64,000 bases of DNA from Trichodelitschia bisporula (Eukaryota): NCBI GenBank assembly GCA_010356995.1, contig ML996703.1:558001-622000 (forward strand), given 5' to 3'. How positions within the stretch are numbered: the first letter of the stretch is position 1; every line of letters begins with the position of its first letter. Below the pieces are notes generated by a model. That model did no database searches, was not told where the DNA came from, and saw only the letters and a list, made by a program, of their open reading frames with translations. Shown in pieces: positions 13,841-26,782 of this stretch. The position numbers and the translations under genes were made by a program.

Positions 13841-14806
13841 ATGGGCCGTGGACCGTACGTACATCAAATCGCACCCATCGATGCTTAGAATGCCTCAATT
13901 TGCTGACTTTCAGACAGGAAGAAGCACCAGAAGCGCCTCAGCGCGCCTTCTCACTGGCTCCTTGACAAGCTCTCGGGAGCGTACGCTCCTCGTGCTTCGC
14001 CTGGTCCTCACAAGCTCCGCGACTGCATGCCTCTGATCGTGTTCATCCGCAACCGGTTAAAGTATGCGCTCAACGGCCGCGAGACCAAGGCCATCGTCAT
14101 GCAGCGCCTGATCAAGGTGGACGGCAAGGTTCGCACCGACCCGACCTACCCTGCGGGCTTCATGGACGTTATCGGCATCGAGAAGACTGGCGAGAACTTC
14201 CGTCTGGTCTACGACACCAAGGGCCGCTTCACGGTTCACCGTATCACGGCTGAGGAGGCCTCGTACAAGCTCGGCAAAGTCAAGCGGGTGCAGCTCGGCA
14301 AGGGCGGGATCCCATACTTGGTTACGCATGATGCGCGAACGTGAGTTTAGCATCTATCAGCCGTTGGACCAAGGTTTGGCGATATGGAAAACATGGAATA
14401 ACACGGACACAGGATCCGCTACCCCGACCCTGCCATCAAGGTCAACGACACCGTCAAGATCGACCTGGAGACGGGCAAGATCTCCGACTTCATCCACTTC
14501 GACACCGGTGTGGTCGTCATGGCCACTGGCGGTCGCAACATGGGCCGTGTCGGTGTGATCACCCACCGTGAGCGCCACGACGGTGGCTTCAACATCGTCC
14601 ACATCAAGGATGCTGTTGACAATGAGTTCGCCACGCGTGAGAGCAACGTCTTCGTCATCGGCCGTGAGAAGCCGTGGATCAGTCTGCCCAAGGGCAAGGG
14701 TGTGAAGGTATGTTTTTGTCCACGATGCAACGAGTCAGACTAACGTGAGCAGCTCTCCATTGCCGAGGAGCGTGACCGTCGTCGTGCAGTTGCTCTTGCC
14801 CAGTAG
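13841..14806 (+). CDS. RPS4: 40S ribosomal protein S4 (eS4); exons 13841-13854, 13918-14340, 14413-14707, 14753-14806
   Basis: [23 protein letters not shown]...[14 protein letters not shown]...[20 protein letters not shown]. Confidence 0.98.
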
Positions 14807-16839
14807 ATGGTGTTGTTGGTCCGGTAGTTGGGTCTGATTTCGGGGCATACGGTTGCAATGGGATTTTCTGTCTGTAGTACGGAGTTTTCCGTGTTGAAAA
14901 GGCCGGTGATGCCAGCAAATGAAACGATAACCTAACTGGCGGTTCCTACAACCACGCGCCTGAGTGCTTGAACTGTGTAAAGTGCAAAATTGCGTGTAAC
15001 CATAGAGTGCTACATAGCATGGCAGCAAGCGGCGAGGACATGGGATATATGTTTTCAGCATGCGATTGGCGGCATGGCTTCGACGCCACACGGGCGGGGG
15101 GAGCCGCATGTCATGATAAGGCTTGTCCTTCGGCAAGGCGTTGCCGTTGCTGGTAGCGTTCGCTGGCTTCTTGGGCGACTATGGACAATCGGCGAAAGTG
15201 TCAACGCATATTGGGATTGACGACGCCAGCGGAGAGTTTTTGAGGCGTTTCTATCCAGGGAGCAGAGCACTATGCAAGTGGAAAGCTTCGACGGTAAAAT
15301 ATAAACATTGAGAATAGCTTGGATATTATTCCCCTGGCAACGATTGCAAGCGCATGCAAGGTTTATGATTAGGCCATGAGTGGTTAATGAGGCGATGGAG
15401 ATCGGCTTGACCTGGAGGTTGGGTCCTTTTCAGGCAGGTGAATGAGATTGGGGGGGAAATCAAGGGTTTGTTGAGGCGTGAAGGTCGGGATTGTCGGGGA
15501 GCCGACGAGGCGTTTTGACGATGCATATAATGCCAGCTCAGTGCAAGCGAGGACGCAGAATATGTACTAAAGACAGAGAAAGTAAGCGTTGGATAAGCCT
15601 TGCAGGAAGCGGCATCTTTGGAGACATGCAAGACGTCAAGAAGTTGTACCGTAGGACGTGTCGAGGCACTGGTGAGGAACGAGGCTGGGCTTGGGGCTAG
15701 GATGATTAGCACTACTGTGGTTAGAAGCAGGTTTTACGGGCAAATAGCGACAGTGGCCGGCTGTCAAGCTGCGACAGGCGGAGCGGCGCGGGCCAGGTGG
15801 GAGAGTCAGCATCGGCCGGTTTGGTTCAATTTACGGGTACTGCGATGCGAGAAGTTGCCTAGGTACTTGAATCTGAGAGAGGAGGATCAGGGCAGGGAAG
15901 AGGGGAGAGAGAGCACTTTGCGGTAAAAAGCCATTGTTTTTTCTCTGTCCCCTACCGGGGGGAGACATGGGAGGTGAAGATGGCGGATGGGTGAAGGATG
16001 AAGGAATATGGTTTGAATGAGCTGCATGCAGTAACTACATCCGTACGGGTACAGTACTCTACGATCCGTAAAGAAGAAGAAAAGGAAGAAGAAGAAGCGG
16101 AAGTTTGTGAGGAGAGTGTCCGAGAAGGCGTGCATTCAGGCCACTGCCACTATCTTTTATGGCGTAACCCTCAGCTGTCCAGTGGTGAAGTTTACTGTAA
16201 GGCCAGTGTATCGTAGCAGACCCACCCCCAGACGGTGGCTGTTGCTGTAGTGGTGTCTCGGGCCATGTGGGTCCCCTCCACACAAACTCTCTTGTCTCTC
16301 CACAGCCCAACTGCCCCGGCCACAACTTTCCCGCCTGTTTCCACCTTATCGTCACTACTCGGCCCTCATCTTTCACCTCCTCCCCCAGAGCAATCTCGTC
16401 GCATGTCGGCAGCTTCAACACCATTCACCCCCGACACTTCGCCCCGCCCCTCTAAACTACAATCCAACTGACCTTACATCATTGCGCCTTCCCATTGCGC
16501 GTCCTCCGTCTCCCTCCCCTCACGCGTACCTTCCTCATCCGCTCCACACTCGCTCACCTCCACGCAATCTCCCAGCCGCTTCGGAACCCTTCGAAACCCA
16601 AACCTCCAACCTCCCTCCAATGCAACCCGCGTTTCGCACAATTACCAACGTCTGCAATCGACGCACGATCCGTACCCTCCGCACGCTCCTAGAAGGCAAC
16701 CGAACGCATCGCTTGCGCGCACTGTAGATAGCGACATTCAACTTCGAACCCCGCAGCTGCGCGCGGTGGCGGCAGCTGGCCGCGATTGCCTTACTCCACG
16801 AACCCCTCAACTAGACGTTCGCTACATCAACCCGCCATA

Positions 16840-19124
16840 ATGCTGCGGCCGGCCACACCGCTTTCCGTAATCCTCTTCGTGGCGTTCGTCCTGTTGCTGC
16901 TCTCGACCTTGTCAACTCCCGTTATCAAGAGCATTCCGCTGGGGTCGCATCATGGCATACAGTTCGGCGTCTGGGGATTCTGCAACGAGGATGGTTGCTC
17001 ACATATTGAGATTGGCTATGAGACAGGTACGGTTCTTCAAAAACGGGCTCGGAATATGTACTAACTTGCGTAGCGTCGCTTTTCGCGTCACGGGAGGACT
17101 TCTCGCTTTCGACGGACACCCGGCATTCGGTGTCGTACATATTAATCGTACACCCTATTGCCGCGTTTCTGGTTCTCATCTGCTTCGCGCTGGCTGTTGC
17201 ATCGCACTTACACTCACCGGCACACTCGCCTCGCTACTTGCTCGGCCTCTTCATTCTCACGATTCCAACGACTCTGGCATGTATCCTCGCATTCCTAGTT
17301 GACCTGCTGCTCTTCATCCCGCATCTGAACTGGGGATCATGGATCGTTCTTGCTGCTACGTTGCTGGTAATCGCGTCAAGCTTAGTCACATGCGGCATGA
17401 GGCGCACCCTGGTCAGCCGCAAGGCACGGCGGAAGCGCATTCAAGATAATGCAGAGATGAGCGGCGCCAACTATTTTACGTCACGTCCAGCGCAAATCAT
17501 CACGACTACGGCTCCACAATACCCTAAGGCCGACTCCCCGCCCCCTTTGTCATCACCGCCGACCGATCGCACAGCAAGCTTTGCGCGCATGGCCGACGAT
17601 CGCACGCCGCTCAACCCAACAACGCCAGCGACCGGCCCTGTGGCTGATGGCCCTGGAGCCTCCGCTTTCTTCGACCCAAGCCGCCCAACGACCGCCAACA
17701 GTAATCGCAGTCCACAGTTTGACGAGTACGGCAACCCGCTTCGCCCACAGCAGTCAATGGGCTCCGCAGTCTCGAGCCGTTCTGGTCCTCCTGGTCCTGG
17801 TGGCCTGTACTACGGTCCTCCTGGCCCTCGTGGGCGTGGTGGGTTTCCGCCACGTGGTGGCATGATGAGGGGTGGGATGAGAGGTGGGCCCGGTATGGGT
17901 GGTCCTGGCATGAGAGGACCGCCTCCTCCGGGTGCATTCAATGGCCGTGGACGCGGAATGGGCCCGCCTGGCATGGGCTTTCCTCCCGCCGGGATGCCCG
18001 TGGGTAGAGGTGGGGGCTATTCAGATCCCGGATATGGTCCCCCCCCACGCGGCCCGATGCCGATGGGACAGAGTCCTGGACCCGGTTATGATAACATGGG
18101 CCCTCCGATGGGACCTACCGAGCTGGATGGACGCCGTGGTCCGCATGATGGAGTCGAGTACGTTCCCCGATATCCTCCCCGATATTTCCCCAGATGAGTA
18201 TAGCATGCGATCTTCGATTTCGTTGCCTTGGTGCCTTGTTGTGATTTATTTTATGGCGTCATAAGTGCCAATTGGCCATGCGACGTTGTTGCGCATAATG
18301 GAGCATTTCTGACTCGAGACAGTCCCTACGTTCCGCCACGCGCTCAGTGGAACCAGGACCAACGCCCTCCCTCGCCTGGGTTTCAGAACAATCTTTCACG
18401 CAACCAATCCCCGCTCCGGGCTGGCGTCAACCCTCCCGCAACCGAACCGAAGCCAGTCCTTTACCTGGAAGACGTAGATCCTCGTTTTGCCGAGCCCTGG
18501 GTCCCGCCTCCTGATTACCCGCAAGGCGACAAACGCATATCCTTCGACACGGACGAGCTCTACGGCGGCGCAACCCCGGCCGCTGCGCCAGCCAACCCCG
18601 GCTCTGGCAACGGTCCCGCCGCCGGCCCGCCTAGCGCTCCAATCCCCTCCACGTTAGTCCCAGGCCCCGGCCCGAACTCCAACCCTATGATGGCAGGACA
18701 GCCTCGTACCGGCGACTCGCCTCCGCGACAGGACGGTGGCGGCGCAGAGTACCTCCGTGCTCCGCAACCGCAGTTCTTAGCCGCGAGCACCGATTCCCTC
18801 CATGAGCAGCTGCACGATGGCCAGCGCTCTCCTGGTGCCACTAGCGATACGAGCCACTACACCAGCGTCAGCCAGCGCGGCGTGAACCCGAACTGGCGGC
18901 CACCTCCCGGGCGGGGTGGGTACTACGATGGCGCTGGGCCGGGACCTGCGCGCGACCGCGGTCCGCAGGTGGATGATATGCTTTTGACTGCGAATCCAGA
19001 CTTTTCGCTGCCGGGCGTCGGACCGCGCGGTAGGGGCCGGGGCCGTGGGCCTGCTGCGTTTCCCAGGGGTCGTGTTCGACCATTTGGGGATGCGGGTGGT
19101 GGAGGACGGTATCCGACGCCGTAA
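16840..19124 (+). CDS. palI: SUR7/PalI (Rim9) family membrane protein with long Pro/Gly/RGG-rich cytoplasmic tail; 3 exons
   Basis: MLRPATPL..LLLLSTLSTPVIKSIPLG, FGVWGFC, LIVHPIAAFL, VDLLLFIPHLNWGSW, MRRTLVSRKARRKRI, YVPPR and SHYTSVSQRGVNPNW motifs. Confidence 0.88.
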
Positions 19125-19800
19125 GTTGGATTGAGAGGGTATTTCGTATATTTGGGAAGGCATTGAGTCCTGCGGGTTCTTGACAATCCTTGCATTGCCG
19201 CCACTACCTGCTGCGGCTACTTCTTTACGCCACACTAGCTGGGCTTCACTGCGCTAGATCCGGCGATAATTACGACCTCGATGCTGGCGCAGAGCATGAC
19301 TGACAGTCACGATAGGGAGAGGCGGTGGGGCGAGTGGAATGTGCTCACCGCTTACCACGTGGCTTAGCCGGCGCCTGACATTGCAGTATACCATTCCTTG
19401 CGCTGCTTTATATCATGTTTTTCGGGGGAGACGATGGTACATGAATTGCTTGTGGGCCGGCAAGCATGGGTGGCGTTGATGGCGTTGCTCGAGGCAGTTG
19501 TATGACTGTGGATGTAGGACGGGGTAATGGACAATACTTGGCGGATACATGTAGGATATGCCGTCCACAACTCGACGGCTAGCGTTGTTACCTGCGGCTG
19601 AACCTGTAGTAGCTGCGGTATCCGTGGCACCGTGCATGGCGTGAGCCGACTCAAACGAATGGACAATGCTGAGAAGAATTGTGCATTTTGCAGTGATCGT
19701 GATATCGATCAAACCCCCATCTCTCTAGAACTAGCAATTTCACCAGGCATCCCACCCACTCAAACTCCGGTCCCAAACGCCGCCATCCCTCCCGCGAAAA

Positions 19801-21495
19801 TCACAGATACCTCGACCTAAACGCATGGCCAAACGTACTTAACCTGCTCGCGCCGCCGTGCCGCAAGTTGCTAGCGAGCGCCTCCTCCAACGCGGACTGG
19901 GAAATACTCGTATCTGCATCCATTAGTCGCCACCCAGGAAGCACGTAACCGCCAACCCCTCGTCCCCTCGACCCCCAAAAAAAATCACATGAGAGCCCAA
20001 AACTCACCATCCAAATCACTAAAACTACTCCCCATACTCGGTGCCCCATCACTCCCCGCCGCGCCCCTAACCCTTGGACTCAACCTCGCCAACTCAGCCC
20101 TATGCCTCGGACTAGGGCTCAACCCGCCCGCCGGCCCCGCCGCACCACCCCTCAGCACCGCCCGCTCCCGACTCCCCGCCAGCGCAGACGAGGCACTACT
20201 CGCCGAGCTCTCAATCGTAGCCAGCGTCATGCGGCCCTTACCCTTGCCCTTGCTGGGCGCCGGGCCCGTGCCGCCGGGCGGCGGACTCAGCGCTACAGCC
20301 GGCGGTGCAGCGAGGGGCGTGCGCAGGGTGGCGGAAGGCGAGTGTGGCGCGGGCGCGTAGGCAAGGAAGGAGGACGAGTCGTCGGAGTCGTCTTCTTCGC
20401 CTATGACGGGGGCGCGCGGTTTGGAGGATGCGAAGCGTGGAGGGCGACGGAAGAGTTGGCTTCGGTGGAGGGGAGGGGAGGATGAGTCGCTACTGCTGCT
20501 GCTGCTTGTTTCATCTGATGGCGGTGGGGGGGAGGCCGAGGGGGAAGGCCCGAGGGCAGTGGGTGTGGGAGCGGTGGGCGTGGGGGCTGTCGGGCGTGGG
20601 AGTGCGGTTGGAGGGGCCCGGAAGGGTCGGACACCTGTTGTGATTGAAGGAGGTGGGCGCGGCGAGGAGATGAGCCGGCTTTGGGTTATGGTTGTTGTGG
20701 AAGGTGTGCGAGAAAGGGTTGGCGCCATGTCGTCAGAGCGGCGGGACACGGGGAGGGGGCGTGTACCGCCTGCGCGGGGCGTGCCCGGTACACTGGCTTC
20801 TGGCTTCTGGGTCTGGGGTTGAGTATCGCGTGTGCGGATGGAGAGAGCGGAGGGGGCGCGGGGGGCTATGCTGTTAGTCAGGGCGCAGGATAGTGGATGG
20901 GATGTGACATACGGCCATTGCTACCGAGACGCTTCATCGGGAGTCCGCCGGCGGGCGTACCGGACCCGGAGACAGGTGTCGCCGCGGGTGTGGACCGGAT
21001 TTTGGTCATTTGTGCTTTGACGTGCTGCAGGTGGCGCTCATAGAGCCATGCTGCTTGTTGTAGGAGGAAGGATTGCGTCACGCCGAACTCGGTTGCGCTG
21101 CGGGGTGAGGATAAGGTCTCACAGGGGATAAGGGGAGGGGGGGTACCGTTCTTCCCCTACATGGTGTTAGCCAAGATAAAAGACGATGAGCTGGGTCCAA
21201 CTCACAGTTCAAGTCGCCTTCCTTTGCGTTCTTGGAGATGATCTTCCAGAGCTTCCGGTCCTTATGTGCGTCCCATTCCACCTGCGAGCCATTAGTCATG
21301 CCTACAGCTAGCCGTCCACCTCACCTGCTGGGGGTCTTGGAAGCTTCCCCGCGCGAATGGCACCCGTATCAGCAGCGTGTAATGTACCTCCGGCCGGGGA
21401 GCCGCGTGCCTCTTCCTGGGCTCGGGGCGAGGTGAGGCGGTGGCGGGAGGTGGATTGCGCGTTTTGGCCGGAGGGGTTGGCTGTGATGGTGGCAT
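19801..21495 (-). CDS. ATG29: Autophagy protein Atg29; multi-exon, including a 10-nt micro-exon
   Basis: YTLLIRVPFARGSFQDP / VEWDAHKDRKLWKIIS / FLLQQAAWLYERHL N-terminal domain, plus C-terminal SMGSSFSDLDDTSISQSALEEAL. Confidence 0.92.
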
Positions 21496-22443
21496 GATGG
21501 ACGGATGGGTAGTGATGAGTTGAGAGAAGTAGAAGAAGTGGAGAAAGAGGATGAAGTTTCGAGGGAGTCCTTGAGGCCGGAGCCTTGTCGACCGACGCTG
21601 CGGACTGACTGGGGTTGAGGGAGAGAGCTTGGGGCCGCATGTGGTCTGGACGCGCTACCCGGTCTTTGCGGAGTTTAGCGCTAGTTCCCACTCCGGCCAA
21701 AGACGGCACATACCGCGCCGCGTTCGTTGCCTTGTTGCCCGTCTGATATCAACTGTGGTACATGAGGCATAAAAAATGATGATTGCTTTCTACAAAGTAG
21801 TTTGACCTTCTTTCCGCTTGATGACATGGCCGTATGTAGGGCACCGAAGTTCATCCATCCAAGAAAGTGGTGCAGTCTCAAAGCCTCCATCGCATTACTC
21901 ATGCAAGCAAAGTTTGATCAAGCCCTCTCATGTCCACTACCCGTAAAGCTCAAGCCGAAAGACATCATACAAGGAAACGGATGTCCTGCGGCACCAGCCA
22001 GCGCTGCAGCAAAGACAGCTGCGGCGCCCATGCATTTGGTCAAACGAATGAAAGATGGTGCCAGCAGATTGCTCTACCTCCAGTGACAAACGCATTCTCG
22101 GACGGCATAACCGAGATACGTATACTGAGGAGGATTTTATCAAGTACAGCGCCCCTTCCGGCAACCGAAACAATGGTATTAAACACGTACAGGTCTATCC
22201 TCCTACCAGTCATAACAAGCATCATAATAATCACAGCTTTTAACGCACTTACGAAAACTTTTGGCCCACCCATCCCTACCGAAGCGAGAGTCCGTTCGCC
22301 TGACGCCAGCGGTTCATCCCTAGGCAGCGGCAGGAGGTGCATCTGCAGCACACGGCAAGCGGTGCCGTAAACTTCTAGCCCGTTATGCGCCGGGGGACTT
22401 TGACTAACCCAAAACATGCTGACCGTCCCATCCAACCTAATTC

Positions 22444-24553
22444 CTACTCTTTTGGTGCGACTGCTTCCTCTCGCCTCTCTCCAGCACCCGCAGTAGCGCC
22501 TTGCAACGGCGCATTCAACAACTCTGACAGTGGTAACTGTGGGAACGCCTGCCGCGGCGGGGCGCCGGCACTGACCGCACTCTCCTGCCGTGTAGCGAAG
22601 AAGGACGGCTGCTTCGATGCAAGGGGTGGGTTGATGTTAAACTGATCCATGCGCGACAGCGTTTTGAGCGGCTCAGGCCCAGTCTGGGCATGTCGCGGCG
22701 CCTTGTTCTGGTCCGCCCATTGCAAGATGCGGCGACTGAGAGTGATGGTTGAAGGCTGCTCAAAAGCCTCGCCTCTACTGGAGCCGGTGCCGTCAGCCAG
22801 AAAATTGTCGTTGAGAGGGGCCGTAAGATAGCGCATCGAGCCGTTCTGCTCCGCGTCTTTCCAAGTTGCCGGCTGGTGCTCGTGTTGTGGACCTTCTTGC
22901 CGATCACTGCCTGCAAGATAGCGCATCGAGCTGTTCTGCCCCACTTCTTTCCATGTTGCGGATTGGTGCTCGTGCTGTGGACCTTCTTGCCGATCACCGC
23001 GGCCGTTCCTATCTTGGTCGGCCTCCTTAGCTGGCACAGTGGGCCCTGGCTCCTTGACTTTGAATTTGTGACCGTCTGCCCGGAAAAGCTCCGGATACCG
23101 GTTGCGGAAGCGGTCGCGTAGATCAGTTCGGCTCCGATTTAGTAGGCCAAGGTCTGGGTCCGAGCGTATCTTCTTCCACTGGACGCCGTGTCTGTGGAAG
23201 CCACGCAGAATGGCTTGATCCTCTTCCTCCGTGAAGCGCTTGCGATCACGGCGTTGACGCTTGGGAAAGCGGGTTGTGCCGTCTGCTGTTGAAGCATTGC
23301 TAGGTGACGGCTCGGGAGGAGGTGGTCTGTTCGGGAGCAGCTTGGGGCGGAGAGGCGTCTCGGAAGCCTCAGGGTCGTCCGGCACGGTGCGAGTTGATCC
23401 TGCTCGCCGATAATCGTCAGGGAAGCATGTTCGGAATCTAACGTGCATCAGCATGGCTCGCCTGAAGCCCAGCGGAAACAAACCTATCTTTCAAGTCTAC
23501 TGCCGACCGACCGTTGAAATGGTAATCTGGATGCAGTAGAATTTTCTTCCAGCTTCCAATCCCGAATCTTGATACCCCATTGACCAGATCCGACGTCTCC
23601 TCGTCTGTCCACTTCTTTTTCCTTTTCCCCCGCCTCACTGCCTCCTCTTCTCGCCTTTCCTGATCCCTCTTATGCTCTCTTTCTGCTTCCGCTTCCGCTT
23701 CTCTTTCCCGCTCCCGTTCCCGTTCCCGTTCGCGTTCCCGTTCCCGTTCCCTCTCCCCAGCTCCGCCCTCCGCCTCGCGTAAGGTCACCTCTCGCCGCGG
23801 TATGGTATGGATAGGTGGTATTAGATTCGCATTTGGCGGCGGTTCATGGAGCGGCACCAATAGTGGAGGTAGCAACGGCTTCTGTATGCGTCGTTTGCTT
23901 TGCTCCGTGGGCTTCGGCAAGATTCTGATGCCTGCCTCATTCATCAAGCTCCCTTCACTCTCCAGCCTCCTCCTCTTCCTGCGCTCCGAGTCCGCCCCAC
24001 CGAACCGCGGCGTCTCCGTCCTATTCAATACCTCCGCCAGCGGCGCCGCAGACCGATCGCCTACGCTCACAGACCCATTTGATTGTGCCTCGCTGGCGCC
24101 CCACGGTGGCGCAAGCGCAGGGCCCAGCGCACGCTGGGGCGTCCACTGCGACGGGCCCGCCGCGCTCTGGCTTGTGGTCTGATGCAAGTAAGGGTTCGAG
24201 TGCGTATGTTGGGTGACCGCGTGCTGATGTGACTGCGGATGCTGCTGCGCCTGCTGGGTCCAGTCGAGCTCAGGGAGGGTAGGGCGTGTCGGGGAGAATC
24301 TCGTGGGCAGCCTGGATGGCCCGGAATTTGGGCGCTCAGGCGCGAAGCGTGTCTCGTGGGCGTCGGAAGCGGACTCGAGCACGGTCGAGATAGCGGGGAG
24401 GGGGGGCGGGGCGGACGATGGAGGCGGCTGGATGAACTGCTGGAGCGGGAGCGGGAGGTGTGAGGCATGGAGGGCGGGTTCTGCGGAGGGCGCATTGTCT
24501 TCTGCGGCGACGGGTTTTGCATCTCGGAGGAGGTTCCTGACGCGCGGTTCCAT
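22444..24553 (-). CDS. Double Myb/SANT (telobox) DNA-binding protein, Tay1/Teb1-like; one intron near 23440-23482
   Basis: Two telobox repeats: KKWTDEETSDLVNGVSRFGIGSWKKIL...RSAVDLKDRFR and RKRFTEEEDQAILRGFHRHGVQWKKI...RSRTDLRDRFRN. An RE-repeat stretch lies upstream. Confidence 0.85.
22825..22997. repeat. 90-bp tandem duplication within the Myb gene CDS
   Basis: 22825-22907 and 22915-22997 align with 9 mismatches in 83 nt (manual count). Confidence 0.92.
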
Positions 24554-24991
24554 GCAGAGTGAATGGAGATGAGGGAATCGGCAGAAACAGGACGGTACGC
24601 GCAACTGGGGTTGGTGGGGTGGGACTTTAATGTACGGTAACGGGCTGGCTAAGAGACTAGAACTAGAAGCTCATCGAACTTTGGACGTTGTTGAAGATAT
24701 GAGGCTACGGCGTACGGTCCCTACAGGGGCCGTGGGGCGGAGTGTCGGCCTTTCCTCCTCTACCGATTTTACCGCTGACATAAGCCACACCCAACAACGA
24801 GAGCGAAAGGGGAACCGCGAGAGTCACATGATTCGACATTGAAAAAGCTTCTTTCGGGTGTGTAGAATTAAACAGCGTTCAAATAGGACGCCGATGACGC
24901 CTCAAAATGCCGCTTCTATCGTCCTGGTCTACGGATGTATACTCCGTGGCTCTATACGCATAGGAAAAAAAAAGCACAAGTCATGATCAGC

Positions 24992-25797
24992 CTACGCCTT
25001 TTTGGAGAGCCCCGACCCATAGACCATCGTGATGTCCACCGGCTTCTTCTCAATGTACGTGGCATATCCGGTCGTCGAAGCCTTCATGCCTTCTTGGCCA
25101 GCTTGCCAGTTGGCGGGGCACACCTCGCCGTACTTCTCGGTGAACTGGAAGGCATCGATGAGCCGCAGAGCCTCGTCGACCGAGCGGCCAACAGGGAGAT
25201 CGTTGATTGTGATCTATTCTGGTCAGCTGCTTGCTGGACCACACGGTGGTGAGAATATTACCTGACGAACGATGCCCTTGGGGTCGATGAGGAAAATACC
25301 GCGCAAAGCAATGCCTTCTTCCTCAATCAAGACACCGTAGTCCTTGCTGAGCTGGTGCGTCTTGTCGCTGAGCAAGGGAATGTTGACCGATCCCAGACCA
25401 CCCTCCTTGCGCGAAGCATTGCGCCACGACAGAAGGCTGTATTGGGAGTCGGTGGAGGCAAAGACGACCGAAGCGCCGCGAGATTCGAACTGAGAAACGG
25501 CATCGCTGAAAGCAATGATTTCGGTGGGACAGACCTGCACTGTCAGCGCACGAAGGGTCAAGAGATGAAGTACCCACAAAAGTCCAGGCCATGGGAACGA
25601 AACCCAGGACAAGCCACTTCTTCGCGGCCGCGAAGGAAGTAATAGAGAGCTCTGGATACGCGCGTTAGACCCAATTCCGGCGAGTTTTCCTATTAGTATG
25701 GTTGCGACAGCAGTTGTGTACCTTCAAAAGACCCATCTGGCATGACTGCAGTGCCCTGGAAGGCCGGAGCCGGCTTCTGGACGCGAACCTTGGACAT
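24992..25797 (-). CDS. TSA1: Typical 2-Cys peroxiredoxin (Tsa1/AhpC-like); 4 exons
   Basis: [20 protein letters not shown] (peroxidatic Cys), [24 protein letters not shown] and GEVCPANW (resolving Cys). Confidence 0.93.
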
Positions 25798-26782
25798 GTC
25801 GGCTACGTCTGTAGTGGGAGAGTTAGGTTGGTGAGAAAGGCGGGAGGAAGGCGAGCGTCAAGAGGAGTGAATTTGCGAGGTACTATTGAATGTGTTTGTA
25901 GGGTAGGCGTAAAACAACACTGGATTGTGGAAGATGCGGCGATTTGTAGGGAGCAAACGGGAAACAGTATGTATCCATTCAACGCATGGCAAGTAAGTCC
26001 CTGAGCGCCCCCCCACCCCCTGGGGCTTGTTGGCCGGCCCCACGAAGGCAAAAGAGTCAGAGCTTCTTTCCGCTTGATGGCGGGTTCGAAGCCTTACGGT
26101 ACGGATGTACCGCTTGCCGAATCGGAGCCTTTTCTTTCATGGGAATTGAGAAGAAGAAACAGATGGTACATCCGTACACGTTGTCCAGCCAGCGAATCGG
26201 CTCGCTGCCAGACGCTTTAATCTTGACTAGCGCCATACCAATAAACGCGCCATCGCTGCTTTTTCCATTGTTCCATGTCTTGTTCCATACCATAAAGTGT
26301 ACCATGCGCACCATCTGGCGTGGATCATTACCGTTCCGTTGGGTCCATCCGGTGCAAGCAACGAGGCAAAGCAACGGAGCGACGGAAGTCACTTAAGCAG
26401 CTAGAACTAAAAGGCCTAGCACAAGTACCGTACAGTAGAACTAACGCCGGCAACCTGGGCCTACCGGTAAGGTAAGCTTTATCATCACCGTCCCGCATCC
26501 TGGTGCCGATTTGAAGGGTGGTTCGATCGCCGAATCCCTGGCCGTTGGCTGGAGCCAGCTTTGATTCGGCAGAACCGGGTCCGCGGTTACATAACCTTTC
26601 GAGTCTGGACAAAGACCTTGGCCCCAATCATCAGCGGCATATGTCAGACAGTACGTAGGACAGTCAGACAACTCTGCTTTCGGCCACTTGCTAGTTCTAC
26701 TTCGAGAATTTCATCTTCGGCCTTCTCTCGGCTGCTTTGATCGAAAGCTTGTATTCTTTAAGTCCGTCTAGTTCTAAATAGT

